Below the pieces are notes generated by a model. It worked only from the letters and a program-made list of their open reading frames with translations. It had not been told where the DNA came from and searched no databases. A stretch of DNA of 6,979 bases from Octopus sinensis (taxonomy: Eukaryota), in the NCBI RefSeq assembly GCF_006345805.1, contig NW_021829085.1, positions 1-6,979 of the forward strand. Reading direction: 5' to 3'. The translations under genes and the position numbers were made by a program. This document shows positions 1 to 6,979 of the stretch, in pieces (the first letter of the stretch is position 1; each line of letters opens with the position of its first letter).

Positions 1-21
1 CATTTTAAATTTATTCGTCAC

Positions 22-175
22 ATGTATAAATGCATACATCGATACTCATATGGGTGTTTGTATATGTATGCGTGTATGTATATCTGTATATATAAATATA
101 TAAACAAACATATATGTGTCTATATATGTGTGTGCCTGTGTGTTTGTGTGTTCGTATACGTGCGTGCACGCACAC
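22..175. repeat. Degenerate compound (TA)/(TG)/(CA) microsatellite
   Basis: Runs of tata/tgtg/atgt seen directly. The ORFs over it translate to Y/I/C/V low-complexity peptides. Confidence 0.85.
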
Positions 176-511
176 AAACGATAATTCTTAATGACAATAC
201 CTCGAAATCCTCTAAATAAATCATCCAATTCGAATTTCAGTCCCCCTTTGTAGAATACAGGTGTATGGAGTCTTTTATCCGGCTATTCAATATCCGGATC
301 GTGTGTAAAAACCGGATGCTGACATCAAGTGAAATATTTAAATATTCAAGCCGAATAATTCTTATGGTTTCCGCTTTGGTTCAGGCGGAGCCACTGATGC
401 AGAACGGTCGCTAATTCATCTGGTCACCATAAAGGCACTGTTTTCTCTTCGTGATGTCACAAGTACTTAGCCGCCATTTTAACCCTTTTATACCACGTGA
501 TGTTTGTCGTA

Positions 512-590
512 GTTTTAGCCTGAGAAAAGTCTTGATCCAGCAGACCAATGAACAAAGATGCAAAGACGTTCCATGCGTGACCATCGGGTT
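512..590 (+). repeat. Old dispersed repeat remnant, copy A (related to 1315-1385)
   Basis: gttttagcctgaga...atccagcagaccaatga...cgttccatgcgtgacc loosely aligns with gtttaatccgagat...atcgacgaagcactatga...cattccaaccgtgccc at 1315-1385. Similarity is weak and partly rests on recollection of an octopus repeat. Confidence 0.3.
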
Positions 591-638
591 TGATTTTATT
601 TAGCCGTAGTGTATTTAAAAGTATATTTAATCAATAAC

Positions 639-777
639 TGTCTGGTTAAGAAGTCCGTTTTGCAACTGCTTGGTTTCAGGGGACCAGGCCAACCCGCGTG
701 GCATCTTGACCAAATATCCTGTGTCTTTTGCCATAGCCCGTGATGAATTTGGTTAATGAAAACTGTATGGAAGCCCT
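639..777 (+). mobile_element. Degraded tRNA-derived SINE head, copy 1 (no body)
   Basis: tRNA-like A-box remnant tgtctggttaag at 639-650. Shares cgtggcatctt (697-707) exactly with 811-821. caactgcttggtttc and gaatttggttaatgaaaactg align with the next copy at an offset of about 114-118 nt. Confidence 0.55.
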
Positions 778-780
778 TCA

Positions 781-1268
<488 letters not shown>

Positions 1269-1314
1269 ATGCGATAAAAGATATAATTTGCTACTGTCAT
1301 CATTGCTTGCTGAC

Positions 1315-1385
1315 GTTTAATCCGAGATCAGGTATAATCGACGAAGCACTATGACATTCCAACCGTGCCCTACCCGTCTGTTTAT
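1315..1385 (+). repeat. Old dispersed repeat remnant, copy B (related to 512-590)
   Basis: Patchy similarity to 512-590 (gttt.a.cc.gaga, atc...atga, c.ttcca..cgtg.cc). Confidence 0.3.
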
Positions 1386-1444
1386 ATATCCAAAGTTATA
1401 ATGTGCGTTTTGAAAGGGTTTCTTTATTTGTGCTTCTCTTTATG

Positions 1445-1697
1445 CACATACGAACACACAAATACACACACACGTACACATCTACACACATACACACGCA
1501 ACTGCACACACATATATGTATATACACATATGTACACATCTACGTATATGAATGGATGTGTACAGATTTCACTATATATCTACATGTTTTTACACACACA
1601 CAAACACACATATATATATACGGGCATACATATATAATACACATATATACATGTATCTCTCCATTCATCTATCTATCTATCCATATATATATATGAA
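1445..1697. repeat. Degenerate (CA)/(TA)/(TATC) microsatellite
   Basis: acacac, atatat and tctatc runs seen directly. Confidence 0.85.
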
Positions 1698-1819
1698 TAT
1701 GTGTGGGTAAATATGCTGTAACGCGAAGGTGCGTTGTTAGGGGCATGTGTGGAAAGATATAAGTGAACTTCACCTGTTCGAGAAATGACAGAAACCATGG
1801 CAACCATATTGAATCCCCC

Positions 1820-2009
1820 CACACACATATGCGTACATACAAATATATATATACCCACTTACAAAAAACACACATGCGTACCAATGCATATATTTATGCC
1901 TATATATATATATACATTTAATACTTCTATATATCTAAAATATATATATATATGTCTATGTATATGAATATATTGTATATACATATGTATATATATATAT
2001 ATCTATATC

Positions 2010-2052
<43 letters not shown>

Positions 2053-2346
2053 ATATATATGTATATAATATATATATATATATATTATATATATATATTA
2101 TATATGTATATATATATCTGTATATATGTATATATATATTATTATATATGTATAGATATATATATGTATATATGTATATATATATTATATATGTATATAT
2201 ATATTATATTATATTATATATGTATATATGTATATATATTCTATATATGTATATAATATATAATGTATTATGTATATATATATATATGTTATATGTTATA
2301 TAACATATATGTAATATATGTATATATATATGTATATTTATATATA

Positions 2347-2379
<33 letters not shown>

Positions 2380-2445
2380 TATGTTATTATATATATATAT
2401 GTATATATATTGTAGATATATATATATATATATGTATTATATATC

Positions 2446-2487
<42 letters not shown>

Positions 2488-2559
2488 TGTAATATATATA
2501 TATATATATATTGTATTATATATATATATATATATTATGTCTATATATATATATATGTA

Positions 2560-2615
<56 letters not shown>

Positions 2616-2790
2616 ATATATATATAATATGTATGTATAATATGTATTTATATATATATATATATGTGTGTGTGTATATATCATATGTATGTATAATATA
2701 TGTATTTATATAATATATAGATATATATATATATATATATACATATATATAAAAACTTATATGTACACAGCCACATAGATGTATGTATGT
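1820..2790. repeat. Very long degenerate (TA)n array with scattered G/C interruptions
   Basis: Almost pure alternating TA from about 1895 to 2765, with CA/TG-mixed edges. Confidence 0.97.
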
Positions 2791-3157
2791 ATATATGTAT
2801 GAATGAAGCAAAAACAGAAAAACAGGACAGTCTACTTAGAGAAATGTCCAAGACGTCTCCTGTCTTTGAACAACCTCTCGGCTGGAGACAGCAGTCTGGA
2901 TGTGCTTCTATTCATTCTCCTCTCTTGATCAATTCCGGAAGAGAGGAGTTTAAGGAATAAAGAAAAAGGAAAAACAACAGAACAAAACAATATATATATA
3001 TACATACATGTCCGAACCAGAACATCGGTCAATTTCCTTATTCTTGGACATCAAATCTGGCCTCGTTATGGTAATTTACAGGACTCCATTTTAAGTAGTA
3101 AAAACTGTTAAGGGTCGCCATGTTTTAGATTTTTTATATCTCTTAAACTCTTCATTT

Positions 3158-3605
3158 TGTGTGTGCGTGTGTATGTACAAATGTATACGTATGTGTAGGT
3201 ATAAATACGTTTGTATGTCTATATGTGTGTATGTGTGAGTGTGTGTGTATATGTTCAAATGTATATGTATGTATCTGAGTATATACACGTATTTATGTGT
3301 GTGCGTGTGTATATATATACATATATGTATGAATGTATATATGTATGTATGCATGTGTGTATGTGTAGGTGTGAGTGTGTGTATGTGGGTTTGTTGTACA
3401 AATGTATATGGTGTATGTGTAAATATATATATGTGTGCGTATGTGTGTATGCACACATGTTTATGTATGTGTGTTTAGATATATGTATATATGTGTGTTT
3501 GCATATATGCATGTATGTGTATGTATGAGGATGCGTGTATGTATATGCAGAGATGCATATGAGTAAGTATATATGTGTGTATGTCTTAGTGGTTTTGTGT
3601 GTGTG
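3158..3605. repeat. Degenerate (TG)/(TA)/(TATG) microsatellite
   Basis: Seen directly. It explains the ORFs at 3091..3456, 3211..3528, 3239..3478 and 3255..3662. Confidence 0.92.
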
Positions 3606-3912
3606 AGTTACGTTGTAGGCTGACGCTGCTTGAAACTTTACACCTGAGTTTTTACAAGACAAAGAATTTCTCTAGAATTTGATATAAATCTTATAATATA
3701 CCTACAAGACTGGTGAAAGATTAAGGTCTGTACACTCTTTATCGTCTGGAGAAAACTGTAGCATACATAGAAACACACATAATCACAGACGCATCTACAC
3801 GAACATGCATGCACACACGCATATGTGTACATATATATAGTTGAAATTTGTACAAAAACAAATGACGAAGACAGGTGTATAAACAACAAACAGGTAGGGA
3901 AGGTGGGAAAGT

Positions 3913-3948
3913 CTTTTATGTTTCGAGCCTACGCTCTTGAACAGAAAG
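3913..3948 (-). ncRNA. Decayed minimal type I hammerhead-like motif
   Basis: The minus strand reads CUUU-CUGUUCA-A-GAGC-GUAG-GCUC-GAAA-CAU-A-AAAG. Stem I (CUUU/AAAG) and stem II (GAGC/GCUC) are perfect, but core G8 is C and CGU has become CAU. Confidence 0.55.
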
Positions 3949-4082
3949 GAACACGAAGAAAAAACAGAGAGAGAATAAATATAGCATTTGGAGCTAGCGT
4001 CAATCACAGCGGCTGGATGGAGAGAAGTAGTTAGAAAAAAGGGGAAGTAATAAACTATTGGTGAATATATATATATAATCGA

Positions 4083-4116
4083 TTTCTGTTGAAGAGCGCA
4101 GGCTCGAAACGTAAGG
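4083..4116 (+). ncRNA. Minimal type I hammerhead-ribozyme-like motif (variant core)
   Basis: UUU-CUGUUGA(4086-4092)-A-GAGC-GCAG-GCUC-GAAA(4106-4109)-CGU-A-AGG. Helix III is reduced to the palindrome ACGU (4109-4112). The putative GUA cleavage site is after 4113, and stem I is weak (one U-A and two U-G pairs). Confidence 0.65.
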
Positions 4117-4207
4117 GACTTTTCCGTTCTTCCCGAGTTTTGAACCAATACACTTGCTTGTTGTTACTACAGCTGTCTTCGTCTTATTTTTTTTTCGATA
4201 AATTGAA

Positions 4208-4320
<113 letters not shown>

Positions 4321-4429
4321 GTCATCGATCAGAATGTGTCTGTCATTACGTGTACGTGTAAATGCGTACACCATCGCACACAACGGTGTGCAAATATGCT
4401 TCTGTTTGTCTGAAAGAATGCGAGAAGGG

Positions 4430-4445
4430 GATGATGATGATGATG

Positions 4446-4483
<38 letters not shown>

Positions 4484-4520
4484 GTGTCGTCGATGATGCC
4501 GACGACATTGATGATGATGT
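4430..4520. repeat. (GAT)n trinucleotide microsatellite with degenerate 3' part
   Basis: Near-perfect GAT units from 4430 to 4483. This is the source of the poly-D/poly-M ORF 4319..4534. Confidence 0.95.
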
Positions 4521-4604
4521 TGCTAGCAGTTTAGTTTCATTAAGTATGTAATATACTTGTACTCCTTGAAGGAATTATCCGAAAAATGATCGTTTATGTA
4601 CACA

Positions 4605-4652
4605 GTATATATATGTGTATATGCATATACATATAGGTTTATATATATATTC

Positions 4653-4700
<48 letters not shown>

Positions 4701-4797
4701 GTGTGCGTCTGTATGCATAAGATATATATATGAACATATATATATATATGTGTGTGCGTGTATATTTTAATATATATATATATATCATATTATATAT
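4605..4797. repeat. Degenerate (TA)n/(TG)n microsatellite
   Basis: Seen directly. Confidence 0.9.
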
Positions 4798-5236
4798 TCA
4801 TTGTCTGGTTTAAAAGCTACATAAGACGCCATGATGAATCTAAGTTGTAGGTGGTCAGATTCTGCATAAGGAGTAGACAACCACCATATATACCCTTATA
4901 TACATACATACATACGTAGGCTGATGTATATATTGACCAGTCCATTATGAACGAATAGTTTTATACTTAAAACAAGAGGACTTCAAGAACTTTAAATGTC
5001 TGGCAATATTTTACAGAAGAATGTTGCAAAATAAGATGAAAGCCTCGATTTCATAGAGACTGACCGGAAACGGAAGTTATAAGAGCATGATGGCTTTGTC
5101 AATGTACATTTATAAATCAACCATATCATGGTGAGCCTTTATACGTCCATATATTTATTGTAGACTGTGGAGTGACATGTGTTCGAATTAGTATTAATAT
5201 TTTAGTAGAGTGAACTGGGGATACTTGCGAAGGGGC

Positions 5237-5486
5237 GAGAAAGAAAGAGTGAGTGAGAGGGGAGGGTTAGGGAGATAGAAAAAGAAAGAGAGAGAGAAAG
5301 GGTTAGGTTGGTGTTAACATATTTAGTGATGTGAGCTTTAAAAAAACTGACAAAAAATAGGTATAATGCAAAAGACGCAGGTATGCACATAGACAGATAG
5401 ACATACAGACAGACAGATAGATAGACAGACAAAAAGATTGACAGAAATATAGATAGATCGATAGATAGATAAATAGATAGATGGAA

Positions 5487-5520
<34 letters not shown>

Positions 5521-5556
5521 AGAGAGAGAGAGAGAGAAAGAGTGATTGATAGATAT
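5237..5556. repeat. Purine-rich compound tract: (GA)n, (GATA/GACA)n, (TA)n, (GA)n
   Basis: gaga runs at 5237-5300, gata/gaca at about 5390-5485, (TA)n at about 5488-5518, (AG)n at 5521-5537. Some non-repetitive sequence lies between 5300 and 5390. Confidence 0.8.
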
Positions 5557-5561
5557 GTTTC

Positions 5562-5567
5562 TTTATT
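5562..5567 (-). promoter_or_regulatory. Polyadenylation signal AATAAA at the LINE 3' end
   Basis: tttatt on the plus strand at 5562-5567, 5 nt from the junction with the microsatellite. Confidence 0.6.
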
Positions 5568-5855
5568 AGCCACACAGGGCTGCACACAGACGGGGCAGAT
5601 TACAAAATAGAGCTTTTCTTTTTGGGGAGAAAAAAACGTGGGGTAGGTTTTCGCTCAAAAGGATCGTAAAAGGGAAGAAGAAAAAAAAACGATCAATAGG
5701 GATCGTGATCACAACAGAATGTCATGATTTAAAGTGTAAAGGGGAAGCAGATAAGGTTTATCAGTGGAAAGAAAAGCCTACGGAAAGACCACGGTAACCT
5801 CGGTCAATAATGTTACATGTTACCACATTTGTTTGCAAGTAGGTAGCCCTCCGTT

Positions 5856-6452
5856 TTAAAATTTTCCGGGTTTAAAGGATATGCTCGAGTTATCTTCGTC
5901 ATTCAAACGTGTCATCCTTGCTACATACACCCATCTTTTTTTGAAATATTCGCTAGACAAAACTTGCCTCTCTACTCTCACTTTCCTTTTCAAGTGATAC
6001 TTGAAGAAGTTGATGAGAGATTGACCAGAGAGGAAAGTGCTTGTCTCTAATCCTTTCAGACGCGTCCACCAGATACATTCTTTCGCCATAGCCACAAGAA
6101 TGATAAAAATAGCTCTTCCTTCCAATTTGAAGGAAGGAGGCGTGACAATATTGACGATAGACTCGGCTGATAAACCGACTCGTCCCACACGTGACAGCAG
6201 TCGTTCGACATAAGCCCACAGGTCGGAAATTGTTGGACATCGCACGAATGCGTGTCTGTAGAGCTTATCCCGAACGGGTAGCGCTTCTCGGTAGCACTGC
6301 CAGGCCAGGGATCTCTGGAAGTTGTCTATGGGCCCTGGCCCAAAAGTCGTCCTGAACAGGCGGGTCAGGTATTCCTCGTCGACGTCCAGGTTCGTCCCGA
6401 GATCGTCGTCGTACCTCCCCTCCACTAATCCCCATAGAATGCTTTGATTGTG
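5856..6452 (-). pseudogene. LINE ORF2 C-terminal fragment (zf-RVT-like), not an independent gene
   Basis: 189-aa open frame 6425-5856 that begins at an internal GTG (Val). Coding-like sequence TIKAFY continues to about 6452 across a 1-nt frameshift in the G run at 6430-6433. The CxxC half of the zinc knuckle is missing. Confidence 0.75.
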
Positions 6453-6454
6453 TT

Positions 6455-6490
6455 AGATAGACAGACAGATAGATAAGATAGATGGATGAG
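6455..6490. repeat. Short (GATA/GACA)n tract
   Basis: agatagacagacagatagataagatagatgg. Confidence 0.8.
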
Positions 6491-6540
6491 TAGAAGGAAA
6501 GACAAACATAACACAAATTGAGAGAAAACTAGTGAAACCG

Positions 6541-6979
6541 AAATGGCTTGCTTCGGGAGTCACACCTTCTAGCTACACCGTTGTTTGCTGGTGCGGATGT
6601 CGAGGCTGGACAGCAGGGACAGTAAAAGGCCAGATGGCATGGCAATTTTCCCGTCCCGCAGGGATAGGCCGTTCATCTTGGATGCCACATGCAGCGACAC
6701 ATCTTGCGGCAACCTGATGTGCTTGGCTGCCGACCCAGGAATCGCTGCTCGTCAAACCGAGAAGGTGAAATTTTTGAAGTATCGGTCGCTCTCTGACTGA
6801 TTTGTTGTCGAGTCTGTGGCCGTAGAAACCTCCGGCGTACTTGAACCCCGGACCGCATCTCTGCTTACTGCTATCAGTGCAGAAATGGCCGTCTGCAAGT
6901 GCAAGCTCCGGGAGTCTTTGTGAAAGCTAATGACAAGCGCTGAAGCTAAGAGAAATATTTTCCAGAGTAAATGCCGAAT
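6541..6979 (+). pseudogene. Restriction-like endonuclease (PD-(D/E)xK) domain of a CRE-like non-LTR retrotransposon, decayed
   Basis: A single frame from 6585 reads ...DSKRPDGMAIFPSRRDRPFILDATCSDT...AARQTEKVKFLKYRSLSD*FVVESVAVETSGV...LL..IS...RESL*. This matches the RPDG...PW..G...WDATC.DT...AE..K..KY..L...F.P.AVET.G pattern of RLE-type elements. In-frame TGA stops at 6798-6800 and 6921-6923. A different-frame KWLASGVTPS from 6541 may be the upstream part. Confidence 0.8.

Larger units (their letters stand above)
5557..6454 (-). mobile_element. 5'-truncated L1/Tx1-clade non-LTR retrotransposon 3' end (ORF2 C-terminus and 3' UTR)
   Basis: The ORF2-like peptide carries a zf-RVT-type W-x6-LP...H-x4-C-x6-W pattern. 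It is followed by a 3' UTR of about 300 nt ending ...ccctgtgtggctAATAAAgaaac. Composition switches abruptly to microsatellite at both ends. Confidence 0.8.

Noticed and set aside
275-358. Imperfect inverted repeat ttatccggct/agccgaataa and AT palindrome aatatttaaatatt (333-346)
   Set aside because: These are short and AT-rich, within chance expectation, with no target-site duplication or other MITE evidence.
2832-2990. Possible minus-strand exon after a polypyrimidine tract (…[21 protein letters not shown])
   Set aside because: There is no convincing donor site and no recognisable homology. Pyrimidine tracts are common in this sequence.
5017-5136. Possible exon: acceptors ttttacag (5016) or tttcatag (5056), donor atg|gtgagc (5131), and tandem ETS-like accggaaacggaagt (5063-5077)
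   Set aside because: The 114-nt version has stops in all three frames. The 74-nt version has one open frame with no recognisable peptide, which is expected by chance. It cannot be supported without RNA-seq.
5550-6459. tagata as a target-site duplication of the LINE
   Set aside because: The hexamer is a unit of the surrounding GATA repeat, so the match is not diagnostic.
5953-6516. Alternative minus-strand ORFs 5953..6240 and 6265..6516
   Set aside because: They are shadow frames of the LINE ORF2 fragment. Only the few codons around TIKAFY belong to the real, frameshifted reading.
6532-6858. ORFs 6532..6717, 6573..6755 and 6673..6858 as separate genes
   Set aside because: They are shadow or antisense frames of the GC-richer endonuclease relic, apart from a possible short frameshifted N-terminal part at 6541-6570.

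Overview
Eukaryotic, AT-rich, non-genic window made of long compound microsatellites ((TA)n, (TG)n, (GA)n, (GATA/GACA)n, (GAT)n) separating degraded retroelement fragments. The repeats resemble my recollection of octopus/coleoid families, so the host assignment is inference and unverified. No intact host gene, rRNA, tRNA or CRISPR array is supported, and nearly all ORF-track entries are microsatellite translations. Supported elements: (1) two tandem tRNA-derived SINE heads, the second continuing through an internal microsatellite into a SINE body (639-1268); (2) an imperfect long inverted repeat (3839-3947 / 4083-4209) whose arms each carry a minimal hammerhead-ribozyme-like motif of the Penelope-retroelement type, with an unusual CUGUUGA core; (3) a 5'-truncated L1/Tx1-like LINE 3' end on the minus strand (about 5557-6454) that lacks the CxxC half of its C-terminal zinc knuckle; (4) a pseudogenised restriction-like endonuclease domain of a CRE-like non-LTR retrotransposon on the plus strand (about 6541 to the window end). 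The paired hammerhead variants are the best candidate for something new.
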